Source: Diplonema japonicum
Taxonomy: Eukaryota; Protista; Euglenozoa: Diplonemea
Assembly: GCA_964019335.1 (NCBI GenBank)
Contig: OZ025666.1
Coordinates: 310,001 to 374,000 of the forward strand
Direction: 5' to 3'
Length of the DNA stretch: 64,000 nt
Position 1 is the stretch's first letter. Every line of letters begins with the position of its first letter. The notes under the pieces are model-generated. The model did not search any database. It had not been told where the DNA came from and was given only the letters and a program-made list of their open reading frames with translations. The translations under genes and the position numbers were made by a program. Of this stretch, positions 41,563 to 54,855 are shown piece after piece.

Positions 41563-43493
41563 ATGCCCTTTACGGTGTGTGTAGCATCCGATGTGTTCGG
41601 GTCGAAGCTTAACTTGGAGCTTGACTTCCCTTACGCCCCGTCGCTGGCTGAGCTGACTGCGGTATGTTCGAGATTGACGCTTTTCATATCTTTCCCCCCC
41701 TGTAGACTTCTGAGGCGACGTTCACTTCGGAGGCGAACGCACGAAGACCCGGGTCCCCTCCCTTCCAAGTTTCTAAGTTCCACGTTGTTGATGCTGTGAC
41801 AGATGACTGGGTAGAAGTGGTGGGCGCCCACCAGTTGAGGCACCAGTGCCAAGTGTACGCCTTCCAGCCGCACAGCACTCGGTACACTGAAAGCCAAGGC
41901 CACATCCCGCCCGCAACGAAGCCCCGTGGCGGTCAAGTTTCGTCTGCTTCCTACAGAGGAGCACCCCTCTCTGCCTCCCCCCTCCCCAGAAACGACCACT
42001 ACTCCTCGCATGCGTCCAGCTACAGCACCGCTGTTCCTGCTGTGCCACCTTCCATGCCCATCCAGATGCCTGTAGTCACCGCTGTGCAGGGTGCGCCCAC
42101 GATGCCCGATAACGCCGCTCACGACGAGAAGGTCCGCATCCTGTTCGAGCAGACGGACGCCAACCACAACCGCGTCATCGAAGTCGAGGAGATGAAGAGG
42201 ATTATGAACCTCGTGCACATGGACTTCTCCGCCCTCACCATCGAGGACCTCTTCAGGAAGGCCGACCTTGACAGGGACAGCGTCATCAACTTCCCCGAGT
42301 GGCAGCGCTTCGCCGAGCTGTACCCAACTCTCTTCGACAGCATGTACTACAGGCTCAAGTCCTACTGGGACCTGCAGGCCAGCGAGGCGCAGGTGGACGC
42401 TGCGAGGCTCCTCCGTGGGCAGTTAGAGGTACATGTGCAAAACTATTGAAAAACATAATAATAGGGCAACGAGCGATCGGCGAAAGATGCCTTCGACAGG
42501 TCGCAGGTTGAGGCAGAGGACGCCGGGAGAAGGTTAGCCGATGCCGACCGCGGTGCACAAGATGCTGCCGGCAGGCAGAGGAACGCTGAGGACGCTGCCC
42601 GCGACGGAGTATGGCGATGTACATGTAACGAGAAAAAAAAAACAGGTGCGCGATGTGGACCAAGCCAAGCAGAACAAGGCCGACAGGGAGAGGGACCTCG
42701 CGGCTGAAAGGGAGCGCGAACGACAGGGCCAGCAGCGCGCGCAAGAAGTATGCGCTTCATTTGTGTTGTTTTCACGTCCAACAAAATAAACACGCAGGCT
42801 GCTCGCGAGCTTGACGGGACTCAGAGAAGGCTAGCTGGGGCACAGCAGGGCCTAGCTGAGGCGGAGGCCGCAGAAAGGAGGGCGGCGCAAGCGCTTCACG
42901 ATGCTCAGCGGGAAAGGGAAAGGCAGCAGGCGCTTGTGGACCAGGCAAGCGGTGACGCAGCCAGAGCGAATGACAGGCACAACCAGCTGATGAACGAGAT
43001 CCCGAGGTCGATAGAGGATGCGTTGGCAAGGCTGCAAGCTGCGGAACAAGCATTGGCTGCAGCTGATGCCCGTCACAGGGAGTTGGGTGCATGTGCTGGA
43101 GACGCTGCGTCGGCAGCTGCGGAGGCAGCCAGACAGAGAGATGAACTGGGGAGGCTGCTGCAGAACCTGCGCGACCGTCAAGAGCCTGCAAGGGCAGCAT
43201 GGTTGGATGCCCAGAGGGGTCTTGAAGACCATGACAGGGCCATCGCTGAGCTGGAGGCCCGCCAGCAACAGGAGCGCGACCAACGTCGTGCTTTGGACGA
43301 GCAAGAAAAGGGTCTCGTGGAACAAGAAGTCCGTCTTCGTGAACAGCGTGAGTCACTCGAGGAGAAGGAAGGCGCACTACGAGACGCGCATAATACTTTC
43401 TTCAACAACGCCACCCGCACCTCCCCAGGCCGGCAGGGATCCCGCTCGCCAGCTCTTGGTGCACGATCCCCCGTGCAGCAGAAGTATGAATAA
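41563..43493 (+). CDS. BILBO1: BILBO1-like protein B. Exons 41563-41661, 41706-42428, 42465-42608, 42646-42747, 42798-43493
   Basis: Same NTD/EF-hand/coiled-coil architecture; GT-AG introns keep the frame. Confidence 0.85.
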
Positions 43494-43636
43494 CTTCCTT
43501 TCCCACACAACAACACCACAGCTACCCTCCTTACGGCAGCAAGGGCTACTACTAGACCTTCCCCCTGCCTTGTATCCTTTGTAACCTCCCACGCATGTAC
43601 TTTATAAATATATTATTGACTTGGTGTTCAATTTAC

Positions 43637-43815
43637 GCCCCACATCTCTAAAACCTGTCTGGTCAATTCTGAACTTGCTCTAAGGGGGCCATAGAGAATT
43701 TCCAAAAGTTGGTTGGGATGGTTTTTCTCAAGAATTCCGCAGTGCGTCGGGAAAAGCCTTGTTTTGAAAAATAGCAGTTTTTTTAGGTACCAGACTGGGT
43801 TTAGAGATATGGGGC
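43637..43815. mobile_element. MITE-like element with 27-bp imperfect terminal inverted repeats
   Basis: GCCCCACATCTCTAAAACCTGTCTGGT vs reverse complement of ACCAGACTGGGTTTAGAGATATGGGGC (24/27); no clear TSD. Confidence 0.6.
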
Positions 43816-44234
43816 AGGTGTCCCTTCTTTTTTTTTTTTTTTTCCCTTTTCCCCCCCACCAGTATGAAGAAAAGGGGAAAATAAAAAGAAACAAAGAAGA
43901 ATTGTATTGGAAAAAAAAAAAAGAAAAAGACCATTAAAAAAAAAAAGAAGAAAGAAATCTCGATCCGAAAAAAAAAACCTTGTGTTTAGTCCCATTTTCA
44001 CACACCCTCTCCAGAGGGCCCCCCCCTTTTTTTCTTTTTGCGTATTCCTCTCTTGATTCCCTTTTTTTGTTTAAGAATCTTTTCCCGTTTGTTGTTCCCC
44101 CCCCCTCTCCCTTCGCACTTGGTATCCTCTTTATATGTGACCCTGTTCTTTTTCTTTCATTCATATTCTCCCTCGTACCTTGTTTTAATTAGCTCTCCAA
44201 GATTACAGCCCGACTCCATTTATATAAAAGAACT

Positions 44235-45701
44235 ATGCCCTACACTGTGTTTGTTGCTAGCGACGTCTTCGGGAGGAAGACGAACCTGGAATTGGAATTC
44301 CCTTTCGCGCCAACTATGGCGGAGCTCACAAATCAGACGGAGGTCGCCTTCAGTGCTGAGCAGAACACCGTCCGTCCAGGGACCAACCAGCCGTACATGG
44401 TGTCCAAGTTCCACATTGTGGACGAAATCTCCGACGACTGGGTGGAGGTCACGGGGGCAAACCAGCTGAGGAACTTCTGCCAGCTGTACTCTTTCCAACC
44501 GCATAGCACCCGATACACTGAAAGCCAGGGGCACATCCCTCCTGCGAAGAAAGGTGTGATGTCATACGGTGGAGCAAACACCAGCCGCTCGCCCACCAGC
44601 CATTCGCCGGGCTGGCAGCAACAGCATGCTTCTTCTGGCCCCTACGGTGCCCCTACCATGCACTCGCCAAGCGGTCCCATGGGCGCATCCCCCACGAACA
44701 GGGGGTACAGCCAGCCCCCCATGAACGGCACCCCCAGCCATAGAAACGGCAGCAAGCTGCCTGAGAACATCGGGCACGACGAGAAGGTGCGCATCGCCTT
44801 CGAGGAGCTTGACGCCAACAAGAACCGTGTTATTGAGCCCGACGAGTTCTCCCGCAGCTTCCGTGTGTGTGGGTTGGAGTTCACCACTGCAACGTGCGAC
44901 GACCTCTTCCACAAGGCAGACTTCGACAAGGACGGGAACATCAACTGGACTGAGTGGCAGCGCTTCTGCGAGCTGTACCCAGCCCTCCTTGACTCCCTCT
45001 ACTACCGCCTCAAGGCACACTGGGAGCACCTCCAAGAGACCGGCAGGATCGACGCCTTCAAAACCCAGAGGCCTAGCCTCGAGGACCGCGAGAGGCAGGC
45101 ACAGCAGGCTCTTGAGCAGGCGCAGCAGGATGCCGATGACCTTGCACGCAGGCAAAACGACGCTGTATGTTGACGAACCAGCAACCACCTAATCAACAGG
45201 ACAACGGTGTGGCCGACGCTCAGGACAGGGCACGCGGAGCTGAAGACGCTGCCAGGGACGGGGTATGTGGGGGGGGTTGAAATGCACATTGCCACAGGCA
45301 CAAGACATCGACAGGGCAAGGCAGAACAAGGCGGACAAGGAAAGGGACCTCCAAAACGAAAAGGAAAGGGAGCGACAGGCGCAGCAGAGGGCGGCAGAGT
45401 CCGGCAGGGAGATGGACGACGCCAACAGGAGAGCCGCAGTGGCGCAGCAGGCGGCCGACCAGGCTGAGGCTGCTGAGAAGAGGGCGCTTGACGCACTTCA
45501 AAACGCGCAGAGGGAAAAGGAAAAGCAGCAGGCGATTGCTGACCAGGCAAAGAGGGATGCGGCGGGAGCACAGGACAGGCACAACCAGATCATTGGGGAC
45601 ATCCCAAGGACCGTGGAGAATGCGAAGGGCGCGCTTACCGATGCAGACCGCGAGATGCAGGCTGCTGAACAGAGGCAGGTGTGTGAAGCATAAAAAGAAA
45701 G

Positions 45702-45737
<36 letters not shown>

Positions 45738-46199
45738 AAAACAGCGTGACCTGAACCAGAAGGCGCACGAGCTGCAGCAGGCTGTCAACGACGCGCAGCG
45801 ACGGAGGGACGAGCTGGCCCGCCAGCTGCAGGCGGCCAAAGACAGGCAGGACCCCAACCGACGTGCGCTCACCGAAGCAAAGAACGCGGTGTCCGACCAC
45901 GACAGACAGGTGTGCCTTGAAGTACCCCTCGGAGTAGGACTCTCCTTTTAAAAAAAAAAAAAAAAATACAGGTTGCTGACATGGAAGAGCGCCTTATTCA
46001 GGAGGATGCCAGAAAGAAGGCCCTTCTCGACGAAGAAAAGAGCATTGTTCAACAGGAGGTTGAGCTCCGCCAGCAGAGGGAGAACCTGGAAGCGAAGGAA
46101 GGCGAGCTGCGGACTGCGCACACCTCGTTCTTTCACGCCGCTGGGAGGCAGTCGCCTGGGAGGTCTCGATCCCCAACTAACGCGTATGGAGGAAGGTAG
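44235..46199 (+). CDS. BILBO1: BILBO1-like protein C. Exons 44235-45164, 45200-45262, 45298-45678, 45745-45909, 45972-46199
   Basis: MPYTVFVASDVFGRKTNLELEFP NTD, EF hands DANKNRVIEPDE and DFDKDGNINWTEW, coiled coil. Confidence 0.87.
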
Positions 46200-47597
46200 G
46201 AAGGGGTAAAATGAAAACACAGTGCATATGGCACCCCTGGGAAGAACGACTACAGGCCTAGCTACTGAGTGAAACACAAGAAGAAGAGGGGAAAAAAAAA
46301 GGGGGAACAAAAAAAAAAATTATAAAAGAAAAAGAGGTAATTTCTTTTTTTCTCTTTTTTCTTCCCCTTCCCCCTGTTTTTTTTTTTTTTTTTTAAATTT
46401 TTATTCTTTTTTTTTTTTACCCCTTTTTCCCGGTTTTTTTTTCTCCATCCTGTTGTATTATTGTTCTGTACCTTGCACTACATTCGTGGTGTTTTTTCTT
46501 TTTTTTTTTTTTTCCTTTCTTTTTTTTTTCCCTCCCTTATATGAACGGGGGAAACAACTTCTGCAACCAGCGTCCGGTTGGGGGGTTGTTCTCTTCCTGT
46601 TGATCCATGTTTGTAATGTTCTCCCCCTCCCCCTGTCCCCATATCCCCTTTTTTATTTTTATTTTCGATCTTTTTTTTTCATATTTTTTTTTGAAAGTGT
46701 TGACGTTGGAAAAACAAAAAAAACAAAAAAAAAGAAGAAAATCCTGCCCCTTCAATGAACACCCATTTTTTTCTTTTTATCTTTTTTTTTTACACCTTGT
46801 TTCTCCCCTTTCTTTTATTAGCGGTAGACACAACGAGGAATTATGATAAGAGTTTCTTTTTTTTTTTTTTTCGCAAACACGTTTACCCCACCCTTCTCAT
46901 ATATTTCCCCCTCCTCTTTTCTTGAAAAGAAAATGAAAAATATTCTCTTCCCCCCCCCCCCCGTCCTTTCTAGACAGGTGGCAAGAAAAGTTTTCAATAT
47001 ATTTTTTTTCCGGTTTCTCCGCTATTTGTTTGTACCCCCCCCCCCCCCTTCCCCTCCCCCACTCCCTGAGAAAAAAAGGAAACTAAAAAAATTCCCTTTT
47101 GGTATTATCCAGCTCCAATGCTTCTGGTCCACTCGAACAAAGGGAGAAGGAAGTTCATATAAGAAAAGACGGGACACGTACAATGGAGGACGAAGAAAAA
47201 AAAAAAAAAAGAAGTAGGGCGAAATTAATTTGGAAGAAAAAAAAAAAAAGACTTTTTTTCATTTTTTTGTGTTGTAATGAGAGAAGGGAGGGTAGGGGGG
47301 GTTGAAAAAAAATGAGAAGGGGAAGAAGAAGGGAAGAAAAAAAACTGCAGCAGGGCTATATCCCCCTCCCTCTCTCCACCCCTCCCCCCAAAGAAGTTAC
47401 TTGTACTCATCGAACCCCCGATACCACTGTTTCCCTTTCCCCTATTTTTTTTTTTTTGAAAGTCGTTCTAGAACTCCACACAACCATAAAGGGCTACACA
47501 CGATGACGTTACCATATAAGGAGAAGATAGGTACGAGAGAAACACGAAGTCTGTACAATACTTCTTGAGTAGAGCGGTCGGGGAACTTGTATTTTCG

Positions 47598-50500
47598 AAA
47601 TGATGAGAAACAAAATTCATAGATCTCGTTCGTCTGAGCAGACTTCCATTTTTTTGGAGGGCTGCGTGTGACTGATTAGAATTTTCGGCCTTCAAGCTGA
47701 CCTTATTTTTGCTGCCCCTCTCACTCTGTTGGCTGCAGGCCTTCACACCCTGTGATGAGAACAACGACATCAACACTCTCGTTCTTCTGATTTAGTTATG
47801 AAGACAGATGTTCCGTTCATGCTTCTGCAATGCTGAGGATATGCGACATAATCATTTTTTACCCCCAAATACCAGAAACACTCCACGGTTGCCCTCTTCC
47901 CTTAAGTGGAGGTGATGACCACCAGACCCCTGGTTAGAGTCTTTGAGAAGGTCGATGTGGCGTGCATCGTGCATCGTCCCTCGCTATGCCTGCTGAGCGG
48001 ACATGCCCAGGAGAGTACGTAAGGGGCGAGAGATGTGCTGTGGTCAAAGCAAGAAAAAGGAGAACTACCAGAAACACTCCACGGTTGCCCTCTTCCCTTA
48101 AGTGGAGGTGATGACCACCAGACCCCTGGTTAGAGGTGAACGAGATATCGACAAGAGTCATCAGGAACTTGTGGCATGATGACAAACCATGTTTAGTGTA
48201 GTGCGCATCTGACACCCCTCTTGCAGGTGGTGGTTGAGAATACATACATCGGTCTAGACTCGTTTATGACTGACCTTCCACATTAGTTATTTCGTTTTTA
48301 AGAGATCATGAACAGACTAGGGTTGGGCGCTTATAACAGAGGACAGAAGCATCCCATTCCTTCACGTTGTTTCCCAGTTAGTGAAAAGAAGCGGAAAGAG
48401 GGAGGCTGAGACACCCGCATTGGAGGGACAGCATTCTGCAAACCTTCACCATTACCCCCCAGGGTAGCTTTTTGAAGTGTGCTGGAGGGCAAGTTTGGAA
48501 GGTGAGAGTGGAAGAGAAGCAGCTGAGGTCTTTGGTGTGGTGGTGAGGAGGGGCAAGAAAACCGACATGATGACCACATCATATCCACTAAATTTTCTGA
48601 TGAAGAGTCTTAAAATCTACAATGTCATAGTTACTCTGATCTCTTTCCGTCCTTTCCCTTTGCTCACTTTTTCACCCAGAAAAACAGAACAAGAATAACC
48701 CCCCCCCCCCCCCCCCGCATTTAAGGCAAGGGAATGAAGCATTTAGTCTTGTTTATCCCTAGTCATTGTGGGGCAGATCCGCAAGCACATCAAGACGGAA
48801 GATATAATACCGGAAACACTCCACGGTTGCCCTCTTCCCTTAAGTGGAGGTGATGACCACCAGACCCCTGGTTAGATGTTTTCCCCATGTGGGCACAGAA
48901 AGACAGAAGCATCCCATTCCTTCACGTTGTTTCCCAGTTAGTGAAAAGAAGCGGAAAGAGGGAGGCTGAGACACCCGCATTGGTGTAGCTTGATAATTTT
49001 CCTTCGGAATGATGAGAAACAAAATTCATAGATCTCGTTCGTCTGAGCAGACTTCCATTTTTTTGGAGGGCTGCGTGTGACTGATAAGAATTTTCGGCCT
49101 TCAAGCTGACCTTATTTTTTGCTGCCCTTCTCACTCTGTTGGCAGCAGGCCTTCACACCCTGTGATGAGAACAACGACATCAACACTCTCGTTCTTCTGA
49201 TTTAGTTATGAAGACAGATGTTCCGTTCATGCTTCTGCAATGCTGAGGATATGCGACATAAATAAAATAAGGTTCTTTTTCCAAATACCGGAAACACTCC
49301 ACGGTTGCCCTCTTCCCTTAAGTGGAGGTGACGACCACCAGACCCCTGGTTAGATGTTCTTGTTTTTCTGAGCATTGATGTGTGGTGCCCAGCTATTTCA
49401 CCGGTCATTCCCTCTCTTACTAAGGCAGAGAAGTTGTGCAGTGAGGCCTATTCCCCAACATGTCGAGAAGCATCCTTTCCTTCACGTTGTTTCCCAGTTA
49501 GTGAAAAGAAGCGGAAAGAGGGAGGCTGAGATCTCAAGAAGGGGGGCATTCGTTGTACCACCCATCCACCCCCCGCATTTAAGGCAAGGGAATGAAGCAT
49601 TTAGTCTTGTTTATCCCTAGTCATTGTGGGGCAGATCCGCAAGCACACCAAGACGGAAGATAGAAAACCCTTTTCACCTTCGCAGAAACCCAAAAGAAGG
49701 CTCGTCTGATGACAAACCATATTTCTATATTTCACCTCTGACGCTTTGAGGGGTCTGCCCGAAAGGGTGGGCTCAGTTTGAAAATACGAACTTTTCGTCA
49801 CACTGACCATGCCATCTACCGTCGGGACCCACTCTTCCCTGTGATGATAATGCACTCCGTTTATCTTTGTAGGTTGGGACAACTGAGCACCTCGTGTGTT
49901 GAGGATGCTGCATTAGGATTTGTTAATCTAGAATAGACTGAGAAGGAAGACTAAAAGAGAAAAGCAACGAACAAGGTGGTCACAGCTAGTGGCAGCCCCA
50001 GCGACCCTCCATGGATCTGACCACCCGTTCCGACTCACCCAGATAGAGCTACGCCTCATATTCTCTAAATATCTCCCATCAAAAGTAAAGTTTTCGAAGA
50101 AGTGGTTGTTCTTTCCTTTTTTAAATGATGAAAATATATTCTGTCAGTGCTGGCACCAGAGCAGAGCTGCGGAGGGGTAGCACCCTTTGTGACCATGAGC
50201 ACATTTTTTATTATCCGCTGCTGAAATGAAAAGAAAGCCTACCCCACGAATACCTGGCAACAACAACCACAACCCACCCCCCGCATTTAAGGCAAGGGAA
50301 TGAAGCATTTAGTCTTGTTTATCCCTAGTCATTGTGGGGCAGATATGGCTTCAGGAGGGCAGCAGCACAGCCGTGTGATGACCAACACGAGGCATTTGTC
50401 TGAACACCTTTTGCGACGATTATAAAAACGTATTCTACCTTAACTTATCGCTGACGTTTGTGTTGCTGTGCTTGGGCTGATTTCCCTTTTTTTTCCTCTC

Positions 50501-51560
50501 CTTTTTTTTTTTTTTATTTTGCACCTGTCCCACCGGGGTGCAATTCTGCTGGGCTGAACACCCCCATGTCCTTCATCAGCGGGAAACACCCCGCAGATCA
50601 GTACCTCTAGCACTCGAGGCTGTCCCCCCTTTGTCCAAGATGAAAGAAAAAGGATCTTAGTTTTTTGCAATACCACCAGAAACACTCCACGGTTGCCCTC
50701 TTCCCTTAAGTGGAGGTGATGACCACCAGACCCCTGGTTAGAGTCTTTGAGAAGGTCGATGTGGCGTGCATCGTGCATCGTCCCTCGCTATGCCTGCTGA
50801 GCGGACATGCCCAGGAGAGTACGTAAGGGGCGAGAGATGTGTGTGTGTGTGGTCCCTGCCACCAGACCCCTGGTCAGAGGTGAATGAGATATCGACAAGA
50901 GTCATCAGGAACTTGTGGCATGATGACAAACCATGTTTAGTGTAGTGCGCATCTGACACCCTCTCTTGCAGGTGGTGGTTGAGAATACATACATCGGTCT
51001 AGACTCGTTTATCAACTGACCTTCCCACCTGCTTTCTTCTTTTTTGGTTCCCAGAGAAGTTCCAACAAGCTTCAGAGTCTCCGCATGATGATCAGAGAAT
51101 ACAATCCAATGACTGCTGTTTCCATGAGAAGCCATCTTCGGTGACATAAATTGTTTCTTAAAATCTTCAAAACTGACAACTGTGGTTTCCATCACTTCCC
51201 CGTTGATGAGGACCAAGCAGTGGAACCGACCTATGAAGAGAGGAAGTGGCCTTTTGGGTCTTGTTAAGTCATAACTTTCCAGACCCCTGGTTAGATGTAT
51301 TCCCCATGTGGGCACAGAAAGACAGAAGCATCCCATTCCTTCACGTTGTTTCCCAGTTAGTGAAAAGAAGCGGAAAGAGGGAGGCTGAGACTTCATAGGG
51401 TGTAACTTGATTTCTTTCCTTCGGAATGATGAGAAACAAAATTCATAGATCTCGTTCGTCTGAGCAGACTTCCATTTTTTGGAGGGCTGCGTGTGACTGA
51501 TAAGAATTTTCGGCCTTCAAGCTGACCTTATTTTTGCTGCCCCTCTCACTCTGTTGGCTG
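47598..51560 (+). ncRNA. Free-standing (host-less) copy of the snoRNA cluster
   Basis: About 48343-51163 is near-identical to BiP intron 30177-33001; extra reordered modules flank it; no BiP exons nearby. Confidence 0.88.
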
Positions 51561-51649
51561 ACATAAATCAATTTTTACCACATTACAAAAAGAAAAAAAA
51601 AGTTGATTGGAAGAAAAAAAGAAGATAGAAAAGAAAAAAAAAAAGAAGA

Positions 51650-52428
51650 ATGCCGCACCCAAGCTTGGAACAGCTAATGGTCGTTGCGAATACTGCAAAG
51701 AAGGATGTCGACAGTGCTTACGAAGGCTACAGGAAGGTGGAAGAGAAATTTGTCGATGTGGGAAATGAGGTAGCAGACGAGGGCGGCATGGGGGTGGTCA
51801 ACAAGGCACTACAAGGCGCGGAAGAGGCCTTAAAGGGAATCGGGTGGGTGGGGTCGGCTGACAGCAACGAAGCGATGATGGCACTACACAAACAACAAGA
51901 GATTCTGAAGAAGGTCGTCGAGAATGCGGAGGCAGACATGACACCCGCAGCGAAAAATCAAACGGAAACCATCCTCCAAGAGGTGAGGAACGACATGAAG
52001 CTGCTCATCAAATGGAGCACAAAGTACCCTAAACATATGAATAAAATATATCTTGAAGATGATGCCGCTGTTTACTTTTCAGATGGCACCTTCTTCACTG
52101 CTGAGGTGCCGATATTTGTTGCGAAGGAGGTGGAAGACGATCCCAGTACGACAGTGGTCACTTTTGCACCCACTTCTTCACCAGTCTACACTGAGGTTGA
52201 GGAGAAGAAGGTTGACAATTGTGCTGATGTGATGCCTCAGGTCACAAACTGGTGCAGAGCGCTGATTGACCGTTTAAAGGTACCGTCGGATAACCTGGTG
52301 TGCATTTTTTTTTTTTTTTCTCGCAAGAAAAAAAAAAAAAAAAAAAAAAACAGGCCGACACCTGGTCCCAACTCTGTCGTTACCTTGGATGTCCCAAAAA
52401 CCTCTGTGAGGTGCTTTTTACAGCTTAA
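51650..52428 (+). CDS. Hypothetical protein. Probable exons 51650-52297, 52354-52428; 3' end uncertain
   Basis: Coding-like ORF with a GT..polyT/polyA..CAG intron. Confidence 0.55.
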
Positions 52429-52751
52429 AATTGTCTACGTGTTTTTTTTTTATTTTCCGAAACTGGCCCAAATGCCTGTAGAGAACGAGAAAAAAAAAAA
52501 AAAAACAGAGGTATCTTAGTCCGTAGTTTCTGCAACGATGGAGGCCTTCACGCCACAGCAGCCTGCCACTTCTATAGCCGCCCTTCTTCGATGAATCAAC
52601 AAAAAAAGGAAGAAAGAAATATCAAAAATTATCAGCCCCCCCCCCCCCCCAAAGAGTTTCCACTCTTTGTGTTTCTTTCTTTCTTTCTTTTATCATGTGA
52701 AACGTTTAGAAGAAGAAAAAGAAAAAAAAAACAGGATTAGGAAAAAAAAAG

Positions 52752-53427
52752 ATGGCGTTTTTGGGTAACCTGTTCAAGAAGAAGAAGACCCCTGAGGAGC
52801 AGATGAGGGAATACAAAAGGAGCATAGATAAGACGATTAGAGAACTCGAGAGGGAGAGGACGAAAATGCAAAACCAAGAGAAAAAGCTGGTTGCGGAGAT
52901 GAGAAAGATGGCGAAGTCCAATCAGACTGAGTCCTTGCGAATTATGGCGAAGGACCTGGTGCGAACAAGGGCATCATGCACGCAGTTTTACAAGATGAAG
53001 GCTCAGATGCAAGCGGTTTCACTGAGGCTGCAGACATTGAATAGCACGGCCGCTATGGCCAAGGCGATGCAGGGTGTTACCAAGTCGATGTATGGGAAAA
53101 AAAAAAAAAAAAAAAAAAAAAAAAGGAAAATGATGAACGCCAAGATGAACATCCCTGCCATGCAAAAGGTCATGATGGAGTTCGAAAAGCAGAATGAGAT
53201 CATGGGCATGAAGTCAGACATGATGGACGACGCCATTGACGATGTCATGAACGATGAGGTCGACGAGGAAGAAGAAACCGAAGCCCTTGTCAACCAGGTG
53301 CTTGACGAAATTGGTCTAGAGTTCAGCTCAAAGGTCGGGGTTGCGAACGACCGTATTGGACCCCAGGAAGAAGCTGCTGGTGAAGATGACGATTTGCAAT
53401 CACGTCTGGACAAGCTAAGGAAATCGT

Positions 53428-53429
<2 letters not shown>
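52752..53429 (+). CDS. VPS2: ESCRT-III subunit VPS2/CHMP2A (Snf7 family). Exons 52752-53089, 53126-53429
   Basis: KTPEE..R..R.LERER..QEKKL..MAK..IMAKDLVRTR..AVSLRLQT; 36-nt in-frame polyA intron; DDLQSRLDKLR C-terminus. Confidence 0.92.
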
Positions 53430-53467
<38 letters not shown>

Positions 53468-53777
53468 CCCAGTGTTTTTTTTCCCCCCTCACTCCCAAGA
53501 TGGTTTCGCTCGGGTTTTCTGTTTCTTCTTTGTTCTTAGGTTGTGAGTTCATTTTTCTTCAGGGTGGTTAAGCTTAGCCTAAGCGATCCTGTCACATACT
53601 GCAGGTTCCTTTCAATGACACTTTTTTTTCTCTCTCTCTTTTGAAGCAAGAGTGGCCCGCTGTGTCGCATACATGGCACCTACTAAAATCGAGACATTTT
53701 TTTTTTTTTTCACATTAAAAAGAAATAAATAAAATAAAATAAAAATAAGTCACCCGTTTTGTTCGCCCAACACCCGT

Positions 53778-53830
<53 letters not shown>

Positions 53831-54396
53831 TATTCAACAAGTACTGCTCAGTTTCTTGTAAAGAGCAAAAAAAAAAAAAAAAAGAAAAGAAATAGTAGTG
53901 GTAGCATGCAGTATTTATCACAGGATCTTTACCGCATGCACGAACAAATGCTAAAAACCGACTCTCTTTTTAAGAATTTTGGCCTTTGTTTACCCTCCTT
54001 TCATGTTTCCACTTACCTTCTTTTAACAAGCCCCTATTTTCACTGTTTTTAGGAGGGAACCAGTTGGCACCCTGGTTATTCTGGCCGAGTGGGTGCATTT
54101 TCATTTCTTTTTTTTTTTTGTCCTCTTTTTCGGTTTTTCTTACAACTACCCCCCTTTTTTTTGTTCTTTTTTTCTTCCATATACTCCTAGCCCCTCCCCC
54201 TTCTTCTTGGGGGGGGAAAAAAAACAACACAAGGGAAAAAAAATGGTTTTTTTTTTTCCTTACTTAGTACCTCTTTCGTTATTTTCTCTGTGAAATATGT
54301 TTTTTTTTTTGAGTTTTTTATTTCCTTAACCCCCCCCACCTCTTTTTCATTTACCCCACACGCAGGTGGTTAGGTTAAGAAAAACTCCCAAAAAAG

Positions 54397-54427
<31 letters not shown>

Positions 54428-54453
54428 AAATACAACAAACGTATGACCTTGTA

Positions 54454-54855
54454 ATGGGCAACAGTAACTGTGGGCTATGTGAGTGTAACGGGTTTCGTGA
54501 GCCTGAAGATCCCTTGGTGGGGGGAGATGACGACGAAGAAATTTCGGAGTTGGAAGAAGAATCGAAAATCATAAACATAGAGAAGGAACTGGTGGTGCCT
54601 GGCACCGACCTAAGGAGGCAGCAGAGGCGGACTGTCCAGGTGCGCCAGGGGAATTCCTTTTACGAGGTGAGCAGCCTGATACTCGACCTCTTCCCCGACA
54701 ACAGCAACACCTTTTCCTTACGAGATAGAAAAGAGCGGATCCTGTTGGCCTCCGTGCAGAGCTCCTCTTACTCGTACGCCAACCTCACGAACGGCGCCAC
54801 CTATAAAATACAGGATGAAACGACGCTCTTCCCAAGCCCGCAATTCCGGGCTTGA
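54454..54855 (+). CDS. Small hypothetical protein with putative N-terminal myristoylation/palmitoylation motif
   Basis: MGNSNCGLC start; 133-aa ORF between low-complexity spacers. Confidence 0.55.
   Translation: MGNSNCGLCECNGFREPEDPLVGGDDDEEISELEEESKIINIEKELVVPGTDLRRQQRRTVQVRQGNSFYEVSSLILDLFPDNSNTFSLRDRKERILLASVQSSSYSYANLTNGATYKIQDETTLFPSPQFRA

Noticed and set aside
53090-53125. Poly-lysine insertion in VPS2 (and similar K-runs in other ORFs)
   Set aside because: These are translated poly-A introns or UTRs
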